This document shows, one piece after another, positions 1-9,620 of a stretch of DNA of 64,000 nt. How positions within the stretch are numbered: position 1 is the stretch's first letter; every line of letters starts with the position of its first letter. The position numbers and the translations under genes are program-made. Origin of the DNA: Sphingomonas sp. (GTDB lineage: Bacteria > Pseudomonadota > Alphaproteobacteria > Sphingomonadales > Sphingomonadaceae); the NCBI GenBank assembly GCA_013001055.1, contig JABDNH010000004.1, forward strand, positions 24,529 through 88,528, read 5' to 3'. The notes beneath the pieces are model-generated. The model was not told where the DNA came from. It did no database searches and saw only the letters and a program-made list of their open reading frames with translations.

Positions 1-837
1 GTCATCGTCGGCTTCGGAACGTCGGCGCCGGAACTGGTGACCAGTTTGCAAGCCGCGCTGTCGGGGTCGCCCGATATATCGGTCGGCAACGTCGTCGGTT
101 CGAACATCGCCAACGTGCTGCTGATCCTAGGCATCAGTGCCATCATCATCCCGCTGCCCATCAAGCCGCCGGCCTTCTACCGCGACGGCTTTGCGATGAG
201 CATGGGCGCGCTCGCGGCGCTGGCGGGCGTACTTCTCGGCGGCTTTGACAGGTTGTCGGGCATCCTCCTGGGAATGATGTTGCTGTCCTACATCATCGTC
301 GCTTACTTGACCGACCGCGACAAAAACGACGACGAAGCCGAACGCCACCTGCACGCAGAAGCGCAGAAGCCCAAAACCAAGCGCAGTCTTGCCCTGCTTC
401 TCCTGATGACCGCGGGCGGCATCGCCGCAGTCATCTTCGGTGCGCAGTATCTGATCGAGGGCGCCGTGACGCTGGCGCGAGGCATGGGCATTTCCGAAGC
501 GGTAATCGGCCTGACAGTCGTCGCCGTCGGCACCTCGCTTCCCGAACTGGTTGCCTGCACTGCTGCTGCTATCAAGAAAGAGCCCGATGTGGCGCTCGGC
601 AATATCGTCGGCAGCAGCATCTACAATATTTTCGGCATCCTGGGCATCACCGCCGCGATCGTTCCGCTCGGCGCGCCGCCCGAAATCGCGCGGCTAGATA
701 TCTGGGTGCTGATAGGGGTAACCGGCTTGCTGATGCTATTCCTGCGCACCGGCTGGACCATCCATCGCTGGGAAGGCGTCATCTTTACCGGCGCCTATGC
801 GGCCTATGTCGGCTTCCAATTGGCAGGTGCGCTCTGA
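1..837 (+). CDS. Ca2+/Na+ antiporter, CaCA (YrbG) family, 5' end outside window
   Basis: Frame 1 is open from base 1. Two alpha-repeat motifs (GFGTSAPELVTS and GTSLPELVA) and multiple hydrophobic helices. Confidence 0.75.
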   Translation, partial: VIVGFGTSAPELVTSLQAALSGSPDISVGNVVGSNIANVLLILGISAIIIPLPIKPPAFYRDGFAMSMGALAALAGVLLGGFDRLSGILLGMMLLSYIIVAYLTDRDKNDDEAERHLHAEAQKPKTKRSLALLLLMTAGGIAAVIFGAQYLIEGAVTLARGMGISEAVIGLTVVAVGTSLPELVACTAAAIKKEPDVALGNIVGSSIYNIFGILGITAAIVPLGAPPEIARLDIWVLIGVTGLLMLFLRTGWTIHRWEGVIFTGAYAAYVGFQLAGAL

Positions 838-855
838 CCCGTTAGGCAGCTTGCC

Positions 856-3171
856 ATGAGTACTGACATCGCCGCACTCAGTGCGTTGGAATCCCGCCTG
901 CGCTGGCTCGCCAGCTGGACCATCCACAACGCCAACCACATTCGACCCAAGTCGGATGGCGTCAAGGTCGGCGGGCATCAGGCCTCCAGCGCCTCGATGA
1001 GTGCGATCATGGCGGCACTCTATTTCCACGCGCTGGGACCCAACGACCGCGTCGCGGTGAAGCCGCACGCCGGGCCGGTGTTGCACGCGATACATTATCT
1101 GCTCGGCAACCAGACGCGGGACAAACTGGAGGCCTTTCGAGGGCTTGGCGGGGCGCAAAGCTATCCCAGTCGCACCAAGGATACGATCGCCGTCGACTTC
1201 TCCACTGGCTCGGTGGGTCTTGGCGTGGCCATCACGCTCTTTGCCAGCCTCATGCAGGATTATCTTACCGCGCACGGCAAGATGACGCAGGAAGAGCGCG
1301 GCCGCTTCGTTGCGCTGATCGGCGATGCGGAGCTCGACGAGGGCAACATCTACGAAGCCATCATCGAGGGCTACAAGCACGACGTGCGAAACCTGTGGTG
1401 GATCGTCGACTATAACCGTCAAAGCCTCGATGCCACGTCGACCGATCGCATGTTCGAACGCTTCGACGAAATCTTCGCAAGCTGCGGCTGGTGCACGGTG
1501 GAAATCAGGTACGGCAGGAAGCTCAAGAAGGCGCTGCACGCCAAGGGCGGCAAGCCGGTCAAGGACTGGCTCGAATCCCTGCCCAATGCCGATTTTTCCG
1601 CGCTGCATTATCAGGGCGGCGCAGCATGGCGCGAGCGGATAAACGCCGATCTGGGCAAGAAGGGCGACGCTTTCCTGTCGGCGCACAAGGATGACGAGGC
1701 GCTAGGCAATCTCATGCTCGACCTTGGCGGGCACTGCATGGAAACGCTGGTCGAGGCCTTTGACGAGGCCAAGAAGGATGACACGCCAACCTTCTTCATT
1801 GCCTGGACGGTCAAGGGCTTCGGCATGCCGTTCGCGGGGCACAAGGACAATCACGCCGGCCTGATGAATCCCACGCAGATCGCGCAGATGCGCGAGGACA
1901 TGGGGATCGCAGAAGGCGACGAGTGGAAACCGTTGGCGGGGCTCGGCGACAATATGCGCCCCAAGGCCGAAGCGGTATTGGAAGCTACGCGCATCAAGCA
2001 GGAAAAGCGCGCCCGCTCATTCGGTACGGTGTCGATCCCGAACCTCCCTGCACCTGACGGTGAGGAACAGTCTACGCAGGCCGCCTTCGGACGCATCCTG
2101 ATGGATCTCAGCAAGGCCGGCGGGGACTTGGCCGACCGCATCGTCACAACCTCGCCCGATGTTACCGTCTCGACCAATCTCGGCGCGTGGGTGAACCAGC
2201 GCGGCCTGTTCAGGCGGCGCGATGCCGAAGACGTGTTCGCCAAGGCAAAAATTCCCAGCGCGCAAAAGTGGGGTGCGAGCAACCAGGGTCAGCATATCGA
2301 GCTTGGCATTGCCGAATCCAACCTGTTCTTGATGCTGGCGGCCGCCGGACTGACGGGCGACCTGTTCGACGAGCGCCTCTTCCCGATCGGCACACTCTAC
2401 GATCCGTTCATCGCGCGCGGTCTCGATAGCCTCAATTATGGCTGTTACCAGGACGCCCGGTTCCTGCTCGTGGCCACTCCTTCGGGGCTGACGCTGGGGC
2501 CAGAGGGCGGCGCGCACCAGTCGATCAATCCGCCGCTCATCGCATTGGGCCAGCCGGGCCTTCGTCATTACGAGCCAGCTTACGCCGACGAGCTGGCGGC
2601 GATGATGCACGAAGCCTTCCGCCTGATCGACGACCCGGACGGCGAATGCACCTATCTGCGCCTGTCAACCCGCCCGGTCGAACAGGTAGCCCGCGACAAT
2701 GACGATTGGAAAACGGGCGCGCTGCAAGGCGGCTATTGGCTCAAGGAGCCCGCCGAAGGCGCCGAAGCCGCCATCGTCGCGATGGGCGCGCTGATGCCGG
2801 AAGCACTTGCCGCGCACGAAGAGTTGAGCGCCGACATTCCCGGCCTCGGGCTTCTCAACGTGACATCTCCAGACCTGCTGCATCGCGGCTGGACTGCCGC
2901 GCAAGCCGCGCGCTGGGGCGGCGAACGCATGCCCAGCCATGTCGAGCAGCTGCTTGGCCGCCTCGCGCCCGGGGCAGGTCTAGTTACGCTATGCGATGCC
3001 GCACCCGCTTCGCTGTCTTGGCTTGGCGGCGTCCTTGGCCAGCGTGTTGCCCCGCTTGGCGTCGAGAAGTTCGGGCAGACCGGAAATCTCGCCGACCTTT
3101 ACGCCACTTACCGGCTCGACGGCGACGCCATTACCGAGGCCATGGCGGAGATTCTCTTGACGCCATCTTAA
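856..3171 (+). CDS. ThDP-dependent transketolase-like / homodimeric pyruvate dehydrogenase E1-type enzyme (771 aa)
   Basis: ATG at 856. GGHQASSAS and GDAELDEGN(x)N-type ThDP/Mg motif, with E1/transketolase-like C-terminal half. No E2/E3 genes nearby. Confidence 0.7.
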   Translation: MSTDIAALSALESRLRWLASWTIHNANHIRPKSDGVKVGGHQASSASMSAIMAALYFHALGPNDRVAVKPHAGPVLHAIHYLLGNQTRDKLEAFRGLGGAQSYPSRTKDTIAVDFSTGSVGLGVAITLFASLMQDYLTAHGKMTQEERGRFVALIGDAELDEGNIYEAIIEGYKHDVRNLWWIVDYNRQSLDATSTDRMFERFDEIFASCGWCTVEIRYGRKLKKALHAKGGKPVKDWLESLPNADFSALHYQGGAAWRERINADLGKKGDAFLSAHKDDEALGNLMLDLGGHCMETLVEAFDEAKKDDTPTFFIAWTVKGFGMPFAGHKDNHAGLMNPTQIAQMREDMGIAEGDEWKPLAGLGDNMRPKAEAVLEATRIKQEKRARSFGTVSIPNLPAPDGEEQSTQAAFGRILMDLSKAGGDLADRIVTTSPDVTVSTNLGAWVNQRGLFRRRDAEDVFAKAKIPSAQKWGASNQGQHIELGIAESNLFLMLAAAGLTGDLFDERLFPIGTLYDPFIARGLDSLNYGCYQDARFLLVATPSGLTLGPEGGAHQSINPPLIALGQPGLRHYEPAYADELAAMMHEAFRLIDDPDGECTYLRLSTRPVEQVARDNDDWKTGALQGGYWLKEPAEGAEAAIVAMGALMPEALAAHEELSADIPGLGLLNVTSPDLLHRGWTAAQAARWGGERMPSHVEQLLGRLAPGAGLVTLCDAAPASLSWLGGVLGQRVAPLGVEKFGQTGNLADLYATYRLDGDAITEAMAEILLTPS

Positions 3172-3189
3172 CCCTTCGCGGGCTATGCG

Positions 3190-3474
3190 ATGGCCATGTC
3201 GCGCACACCGCTCGAACTCCAACTGGCCCACGAACTCGACGAAGCCCGCAAGCTGCTCGAAACGATGGGTGATGAGCTCGCCACTGATATCCAAGTGGTG
3301 ATGGCGCATGGTGTCGCGCTGCAATCGGTTGATATCGTCGGCCAGATCATGGGCCACATCGCGGCGGTAGTGCGCGCTGCAGAACGCTGCGAAGCGGTCG
3401 AGGATATCGGTATGCATGACTTGAAGATGAAGCTCCTTCCGACCTTGAAGGATGCTTGCGACAAGGCCGCCTGA
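3190..3474 (+). CDS. hypothetical small protein (94 aa)
   Basis: Intergenic-filling ORF with host-like GC-rich third positions. No recognisable motif. Confidence 0.4.
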   Translation: MAMSRTPLELQLAHELDEARKLLETMGDELATDIQVVMAHGVALQSVDIVGQIMGHIAAVVRAAERCEAVEDIGMHDLKMKLLPTLKDACDKAA

Positions 3475-3490
3475 CGCTTAGGCATCCTTC

Positions 3491-3943
3491 ATGGCCGGCA
3501 AATATTTTGACGAATGGCGGACAGGCGAAATCATCGCCCACGCCATCACGCGCACCGTGACCGAGACGGACAACCTCCTTTTCTCGACGATGACGCACAA
3601 CCCGCAACCGCTGCATCTCGATCATGAAGCGGCCAAGGACACCGAATTCGGGCAAGTGCTGGTCAACAGCTGCTTCACCTTCAGCCTGATCGTTGGCGTG
3701 TCGGTGGGTGACACCACGCTTGGCACGCTGGTCGCCAACCTTGGCTACGACAAAATGAAATTCCCCAAACCCGTCTTTATCGGCGACACGATCCGCAGCG
3801 AGAGCGAAGTCACTGCGCTTCGCGAGAGCAAGTCGCGGCCAAATGCCGGGATCGTCACGTGGGAACATCGCGGCTTCAACCAGCGCGATGAACTGGTGTG
3901 CAGCTTCTCGCGATCCGCACTATTGCTGAAGAAGCCGTCATGA
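3491..3943 (+). CDS. MaoC-family (R)-specific enoyl/acyl-CoA hydratase (hot-dog fold)
   Basis: 150 aa. [14 protein letters not shown] hydratase-type motif. The stop overlaps the next start (ATGA at 3940-3943). Confidence 0.8.
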   Translation: MAGKYFDEWRTGEIIAHAITRTVTETDNLLFSTMTHNPQPLHLDHEAAKDTEFGQVLVNSCFTFSLIVGVSVGDTTLGTLVANLGYDKMKFPKPVFIGDTIRSESEVTALRESKSRPNAGIVTWEHRGFNQRDELVCSFSRSALLLKKPS

Positions 3944-4776
3944 GCGTGAAGCCCGCCCGAAGTTGGCTGTTCGTTCCCGCGGACAGCGAGAAGAAGATCG
4001 ACAAGGCCGTCGCGGGTGACGCGGACGCTATCATCTTCGACCTCGAAGACAGCGTAGCACCTGGCCGCAAACAGGTTGCTCGCGAGATACTCGGCAACAT
4101 CTCGCAGCGTGACGGCGGCCCGCAATGGTGGCTCCGTATCAACCCGATCGACAGCGACCATCATCGCCGCGATCTCAAATTGCTCGCGCGCCACGACCTG
4201 ACCGGCATCGTCCTGCCCAAGGCCGAAAGCGGCCAGGACATTACGCACATCCAGCATTCGATCGGCGATATTCCGATCCACGCCATCGTGACCGAGACGC
4301 CCGCCAGCCTGTTCGGACTGCTATCCTATCGCGATGCCGCCAGCCCGCTCACCGCGATGAGTTGGGGTGCGGAAGATCTGTCGGCCGCGCTGGGAGCGAC
4401 TTCCAAGCGCGGCCCCGATGGCGAGTTGGCGTTCACCTACAAGTTGGCGCGCTCGCTGTGCCTGGCAGGTGCCGTCGCCGCGGGGGCGCAGCCGGTGGAC
4501 GGCGTTTATACCGAAATTCGCGACCTTGATGGCCTCGCTGCCGAAGCCAAGGCGGCGGCCGCCGAAGGCTTCACCGGCAAGCTTGCCATTCATCCGGCGC
4601 AAGTCGCGGTGATCAATGACGCCTTCACGCCGAGCGAAAGTCAAATCGCCCATGCCAAGGCCGTGGTCGATGCCTTCAAGGCTGACCCGAACGCCGGCGT
4701 TCTCGATGTCGCAGGCAAGATGGTCGACAGGCCCCACCTCATACAGGCGATGAGCCTGCTCGAACGACTGCGGTAG
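3940..4776 (+). CDS. HpcH/HpaI aldolase / CitE-like acyl-CoA lyase
   Basis: Internal ATG at 3940 gives [23 protein letters not shown]...[11 protein letters not shown], a typical CitE N-terminus. The track ORF start at 3898 overlaps MaoC and is less likely. Confidence 0.8.
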   Translation: MSVKPARSWLFVPADSEKKIDKAVAGDADAIIFDLEDSVAPGRKQVAREILGNISQRDGGPQWWLRINPIDSDHHRRDLKLLARHDLTGIVLPKAESGQDITHIQHSIGDIPIHAIVTETPASLFGLLSYRDAASPLTAMSWGAEDLSAALGATSKRGPDGELAFTYKLARSLCLAGAVAAGAQPVDGVYTEIRDLDGLAAEAKAAAAEGFTGKLAIHPAQVAVINDAFTPSESQIAHAKAVVDAFKADPNAGVLDVAGKMVDRPHLIQAMSLLERLR

Positions 4777-4815
4777 CGGGTTGACCCGGCATCCAAAGCC
4801 GGCTCACATCCGCCG

Positions 4816-6255
4816 ATGGGGGAAATGACATTTACCGAACGATCGGTGCGACTGGGCATCTGCGCCGCGCTGGGGCTCATCCTGTGGTTCTGGCCGGTCC
4901 CCGCTGGTGTCGACCAGGATGGATGGCACGTGCTCGCCGTGTTTGCAGCCACGATTCTCGGCCTGTTGCTCCGGCCCTTCGCAATGTCGACCGTGGTGCT
5001 GTTCGGGCTGCTCGTACTGGTCGTGACGCAGACGATCGGGGAAGATTCGCGGTCATCGCTCGAGGCCGCTTTGGTCGGTTTCTCCAACACCACTGTCTGG
5101 CTGGTCGTCGCCGCCTTTCTCATCGCCGGTTCGGTCATTCGCACGGGGCTCGGCCGGCGCATTGCGTTGACGCTCGTCAACCGGCTGGGCCAGAATGAGC
5201 GCGGGCTCGCCTATGGCATCGGCATTGCCGAACTTCTGCTGGCTCCTGTCATTCCATCGAACACGGCGCGCGGCGGCGGTATTCTGGCGCCTGTCGTGGA
5301 TGCTGTCAGTAAATCGGTCGGCGAAGGCCGCGACCCTGCCGAAGCGCGTTCGGTCGGTCGCTACCTCGTTTTTGCCGGCGCGCATTTCAACCTGATCACG
5401 GCGGCCATGTTTCTTACCGCCATGGCAGCCAATCCGCTGGTCGCGGAAGCTGCCGGCGAGATCGCGGGCGTCCAGTTTGGCTGGGGCACATGGGCGCTGG
5501 GCGCGATTGTGCCCGGCCTCGTGGCCATCGCCTTGCTGCCGGTTTTCCTGCAGCTTGTCGTCAAACCGCCGCGGATCGACGGTGCCGCTGCCCGCCTCAC
5601 GGCGCGGGAACAACTCGCCGCGATGGGACCGCGCACGCGCCGGGAAACCATTCTTGTCAGCGTGCTGGTCGGACTGGTGGCGCTCTGGGCAAGCGGCCCG
5701 CTGCACGGCCTCCACGTCACCGTCGTCGCCTTGCTTGGCATTGCCGTACTGCTAGTCACCCGCGCGGAGAAGTGGCGCGATCTTGCGGGTACGTGGGGCG
5801 CATGGGATGCGCTGATATGGCTTGGCGGCCTTCTGACCATGGCCAACCTGCTGCGCGACACCGGTGTGATTGGCTGGTTCGCGGGCGCCGCGGCCACGAT
5901 GTTCGAGGGGTATGCCGGTTTGTCGGTGGCGATCGGCCTGGCCCTCATATACTTCTATTCGATGTACGGCTTCTCGATGCTGACGGGCCACATCAGCGCA
6001 ATGGTGGGCGCCTTTTTGCTGATTGCGGTCGCTGCCGATGCGCCGCCGCTACTGATGGTCGCCTTGCTCGCCTATTTCTCGACACTGTGCGGTTGCCTGA
6101 CACATTATTCGACCGGACCCGTCGTCATCTATTTCGGGCTCGGCTATCACACCGTGCCCGACTGGTTCCGTGTCGGTTTCCTTGTATCGCTGTTCAATCT
6201 GGTCATCTGGCTTGGCATCGGCCTGCCCTGGTGGAAATTTCTCGGCTGGTGGTAA
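4816..6255 (+). CDS. DASS/SLC13-family anion (di/tricarboxylate) permease
   Basis: 479 aa, about 12-14 TM, with the SNTARGG motif typical of DASS/2-oxoglutarate-malate translocator-like permeases. Confidence 0.75.
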   Translation: MGEMTFTERSVRLGICAALGLILWFWPVPAGVDQDGWHVLAVFAATILGLLLRPFAMSTVVLFGLLVLVVTQTIGEDSRSSLEAALVGFSNTTVWLVVAAFLIAGSVIRTGLGRRIALTLVNRLGQNERGLAYGIGIAELLLAPVIPSNTARGGGILAPVVDAVSKSVGEGRDPAEARSVGRYLVFAGAHFNLITAAMFLTAMAANPLVAEAAGEIAGVQFGWGTWALGAIVPGLVAIALLPVFLQLVVKPPRIDGAAARLTAREQLAAMGPRTRRETILVSVLVGLVALWASGPLHGLHVTVVALLGIAVLLVTRAEKWRDLAGTWGAWDALIWLGGLLTMANLLRDTGVIGWFAGAAATMFEGYAGLSVAIGLALIYFYSMYGFSMLTGHISAMVGAFLLIAVAADAPPLLMVALLAYFSTLCGCLTHYSTGPVVIYFGLGYHTVPDWFRVGFLVSLFNLVIWLGIGLPWWKFLGWW

Positions 6256-6301
6256 CTGCTAGTCCGGTTTAAGCCTTTGGCCTGATCGCAGGAGATAATC
6301 T

Positions 6302-7354
6302 ATGCCGAGCAAAGCCTTTGGCTGGGGCGTTGAAAGCGCCAGTGACACTGTCCATCCCATTCGCTTCGAACGGCGCGACCTTCGGCCCAACGACGTCGCC
6401 ATCAAGATCAGCCATTGCGGCATTTGCCATAGCGACCTCCACTTCGCCCACAACGATTGGGGCATGAGCCACTATCCGATGATCCCTGGTCACGAAATTG
6501 TCGGCCAGGTCACCGATGTCGGGGCCGAGGTCAGCGGCTATGCTAAGGGTGACCGCGTCGCCGTGGGTTGCCTCGTCGACAGTTGCCAGCAATGTGAGTT
6601 TTGCGAGGGTGGACAAGAAATGTTCTGCGTCGAAGGCTCGACCTTCACGTATGGCGTGCCTGATCGATATGGCGAACTCACGCAGGGCGGCTATTCCGAT
6701 CATATCATCGTTCGCGAAGAATTTGTCTGCAAGGTACCCGACAGCCTCGATATGGCGCAGGCCGCCCCGCTGATGTGCGCGGGCATCACCACCTACTCAC
6801 CGCTAAAGCGTTGGGGTGTGACGGAAGGCGACAAGGTTGCCGTCGCCGGTCTCGGCGGTCTCGGCCACATGGCGGTGAAGATTGCGGCCGCGATGGGCGC
6901 GCGCGTGACCGTGCTGACAACGTCCCCGGAAAAAGCGGATGCGGCGCTCAAGATCGGTGCCAGCGATGTGCTCGTCTCTACCGACGAAGAAGCGATGCAA
7001 GCGGCGGCTGGACGGTTCGATCTAATCATCGACACGATCCCCGTGGCGCATGAAGTCGATCCTTACGCCACGCTGCTGCGACCCAACGGCACGATGGTCA
7101 TCGTCGGGGCCTTGGAGCAGCTGCCGAGCTTTTCCGGCTTCAACCTCATCTTCGGAAACCGCGCCATCGCAGGTTCGGCGATCGGCGGACTTCCCGAAAC
7201 GCAGGAGATGCTCGATTTTTGCGCCGAGCACGGCATCGTCCCCGAGATCGAACTGATCAAGGGCGACGAGATCGGCGCCGCTTGGAAGACGCTGGGCAAG
7301 GGTGACATCCCGCATCGCTTCGTGATCGACGTCGAAGGCAGCACCAAGGAGTGA
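6302..7354 (+). CDS. Zn-dependent NAD(P) alcohol dehydrogenase (cinnamyl-ADH/YahK-like)
   Basis: GICHSDLH, GHEIVG, CxxCxxC structural-Zn motif and GLGGLGH Rossmann motif. Confidence 0.85.
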   Translation: MPSKAFGWGVESASDTVHPIRFERRDLRPNDVAIKISHCGICHSDLHFAHNDWGMSHYPMIPGHEIVGQVTDVGAEVSGYAKGDRVAVGCLVDSCQQCEFCEGGQEMFCVEGSTFTYGVPDRYGELTQGGYSDHIIVREEFVCKVPDSLDMAQAAPLMCAGITTYSPLKRWGVTEGDKVAVAGLGGLGHMAVKIAAAMGARVTVLTTSPEKADAALKIGASDVLVSTDEEAMQAAAGRFDLIIDTIPVAHEVDPYATLLRPNGTMVIVGALEQLPSFSGFNLIFGNRAIAGSAIGGLPETQEMLDFCAEHGIVPEIELIKGDEIGAAWKTLGKGDIPHRFVIDVEGSTKE

Positions 7355-7364
7355 CCTACCTGAG

Positions 7365-7904
7365 ATGAAGCGCATTTTCGGATGGCTTGCCGTCACTGCC
7401 GGTCTCTTGGCCTTCTTCGCGTTGACGCTTCCAGCAGTCATGCAAAGCCGCCTTCCAGAGGTGGAGTTGCCAATGCAGGCCGGCCGTCCCGGCTTCGACC
7501 CGATCCGTTATTTTGAAGGCGCGACGAAGGGCGAAGGAAGGCTGTACATCGTCGATGGCAGCGTCATCCCGATACGCGTCGAAAGCACAGGTGAGAAATT
7601 GGCAGACGGCAGCCTGCGCCTCACCCAGCATATACGCGAGGGCGACAATGCGCCGCGAACGCGAAGCTGGACCCTGCGCGAAACTTCGAAAGGAGACTAT
7701 GTCGCTGAACTCAGCGATGCCCGCGGCACGGTCGCGGCGCATGTCGAAGGCAATCGCATGACAATCGAATATGAAACGGGCAGTGAACGCATCCACCAAG
7801 TGCTCGTCCTCAACCGGGATCGCCGCACGGTTTCCAATCGTCTCGATGCCTATAAATGGGGGTTGAATGTCGCGCGGCTGGACGAAACAATAACCCAAAG
7901 ATAG
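7365..7904 (+). CDS. DUF3833-like exported protein
   Basis: N-terminal signal/TM. The pattern FEG...G...RSWTL....GDY......ARG.....V.GN resembles the DUF3833 family as I recall it. Confidence 0.55.
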   Translation: MKRIFGWLAVTAGLLAFFALTLPAVMQSRLPEVELPMQAGRPGFDPIRYFEGATKGEGRLYIVDGSVIPIRVESTGEKLADGSLRLTQHIREGDNAPRTRSWTLRETSKGDYVAELSDARGTVAAHVEGNRMTIEYETGSERIHQVLVLNRDRRTVSNRLDAYKWGLNVARLDETITQR

Positions 7905-7938
7905 GCGCCCGATCCTTGACGGCGCGGGGGAGAATTTC

Positions 7939-9552
7939 ATGAGCGAACAGTTCGGCGCCGCTGCGGCAGGCGCGCCCAAGCCCTGGTCGATGAAACGCGT
8001 GGTGATTGCCTCGTCCGCGGGCACGGCCTTCGAATGGTACGACTTCTTCATCTTCGGCGCGCTGGCCAGCACTATCGGGACGGTTTTCTTCACGGGCCTT
8101 GGCGAAACGGCGGGTGTCATCGCCGCGCTGGGACTTTTTGCTGCCGGGTTCGCCTTTCGCCCGCTGGGCGCGATCATCTTTGGCGCGATGGGTGACCGGA
8201 TCGGACGCAAGGCGACCTTCCTTACCACCGTCAGCCTGATGGGCGGCGCGACCTTTGCCATCGGCCTACTGCCGACTTATGCGCAAGCGGGCATCATCGC
8301 GCCCATCCTGCTGATCATCCTGCGCATCTGTCAGGGAACTGCCCTGGGCGGGGAATATGGCGGGGCGGCGATCTATGTCGCCGAACATGCCGATGACGAC
8401 AAGCGCGGCGCGGCTACCGGCTGGATCCAGTCAAGCGCCGCCTTCGGCTTGATCGCAGCCCTTCTGGTCATCTATTTCACGCGCACCACGGTCGGCGAAG
8501 AGGCGTTTCTCGAATGGGGTTGGCGCATTCCCTTCCTCGTGTCGATTCTGCTTCTCTTCATCTCGGTATGGATGCGACTGAAACTTTCGGAGAGCCCGGC
8601 TTTCCAGAAGTTGCAGGCCGAGGGTGAAGTCACCAAGACGCCGCTGCGCGAAGCCTTTGCCGAAAAGGAAAGCCTGAAGCAGGTACTGACCGCCTTTTTC
8701 GCCTTCATGGCGGCGCAGGGGGCGCTCTGGTATTGCGCATTCTTCTACGTGCAAGTCTTCCTCGAACGAAATCTCGGTGTGCCGGGGGCAGAGGTGAACT
8801 GGATCATCCTGCTCGTGACCGTGATCTCGGCGCCGCTCTACGTTTTCTTCGGCTGGCTGAGCGACCGGGTCGGTCGAAAACCGGTGATGGTGGGCGGCAT
8901 GATCCTGGGCCTGGTTGCTTTCTGGCCGGGTTTCCATGCCATTGCCGACGCAGTGAACCCGCGCCTTGCCGCAGCGCAGGAGGCCGCGCCTGTAGTGGTC
9001 GAAACCGATCTCGAAAGCTGTTCGGTGCAGTTCGACCTGATCGGCAAAGCCGAATTCACCACGCCGTGCGATATCGCTTCCAAGACCTTGTCCGCCGAAG
9101 GCGTCAGCTATACGCGCGTCGCCAGCAGTGACGGCAGCACGGTCGTTCGGGTCGGCGATGCCGCAGTGCCCGTCAGCGACGATGCCAGCGCGATCCCGGC
9201 AGCATTGGTCGATGCCGGCTATCCCACGAGCGCCGACCCCGACGAGATCCAGAAGGGTACGCTCTATTTCTGGTTGATCGTGTTCACCATTGCTGCAACC
9301 GCGCTCTACGGCCCGCAGGCCGCCGCGCTGGTCGAGATGTTCCCGACGCGCACGCGCTACACCGCGATGAGCCTGCCTTATCACATCGGTACCGGCTGGG
9401 TCGGCGGCTTCCTGCCCGTTACCGCCTTCGCGATCGTCGCGGCGACCGGCGATATCTACGCGGGTCTGTGGTACCCGATCTTCTTCATCGCGCTGAGCAT
9501 CGTGTGTTCGCTATTGTTCTGGAAGGAAAGGCATGGCCGTCCCCTCCACTAG
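7939..9552 (+). CDS. MFS transporter, metabolite:H+ symporter (MHS) family, with about 110-aa internal soluble insert
   Basis: SAGTAFEWYDFFIFG and GDRIGRK MHS signatures, 12 TM. A non-hydrophobic insert lies roughly at codons 340-450. Confidence 0.8.
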   Translation: MSEQFGAAAAGAPKPWSMKRVVIASSAGTAFEWYDFFIFGALASTIGTVFFTGLGETAGVIAALGLFAAGFAFRPLGAIIFGAMGDRIGRKATFLTTVSLMGGATFAIGLLPTYAQAGIIAPILLIILRICQGTALGGEYGGAAIYVAEHADDDKRGAATGWIQSSAAFGLIAALLVIYFTRTTVGEEAFLEWGWRIPFLVSILLLFISVWMRLKLSESPAFQKLQAEGEVTKTPLREAFAEKESLKQVLTAFFAFMAAQGALWYCAFFYVQVFLERNLGVPGAEVNWIILLVTVISAPLYVFFGWLSDRVGRKPVMVGGMILGLVAFWPGFHAIADAVNPRLAAAQEAAPVVVETDLESCSVQFDLIGKAEFTTPCDIASKTLSAEGVSYTRVASSDGSTVVRVGDAAVPVSDDASAIPAALVDAGYPTSADPDEIQKGTLYFWLIVFTIAATALYGPQAAALVEMFPTRTRYTAMSLPYHIGTGWVGGFLPVTAFAIVAATGDIYAGLWYPIFFIALSIVCSLLFWKERHGRPLH

Positions 9553-9601
9553 AGGGGCAACGAAGCCATGCCTTCATGGCCGTCCCCTCCACTAGAGGGG
9601 C
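9532..9601. repeat. 27-nt tandem duplication (43-bp period) spanning the MFS stop codon; each copy holds a CCCCTC-CACTA-GAGGGG hairpin
   Basis: Identical 27-mers catggccgtcccctccactagaggggc at 9532-9558 and 9575-9601. Hairpins at 9541-9557 and 9584-9600. Outer 10-bp stem 9528-9537 / 9565-9574. Confidence 0.85.
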
Positions 9602-9620
9602 GAACGGGTTTCAAGGCGCT

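Noticed and set aside
9532-9601. The repeated hairpin-containing 27-mers as a mini CRISPR array or REP cluster.
   Set aside because: There are only two copies, the so-called spacer is 16 nt, there are no cas genes, and I saw no further copies in the window.
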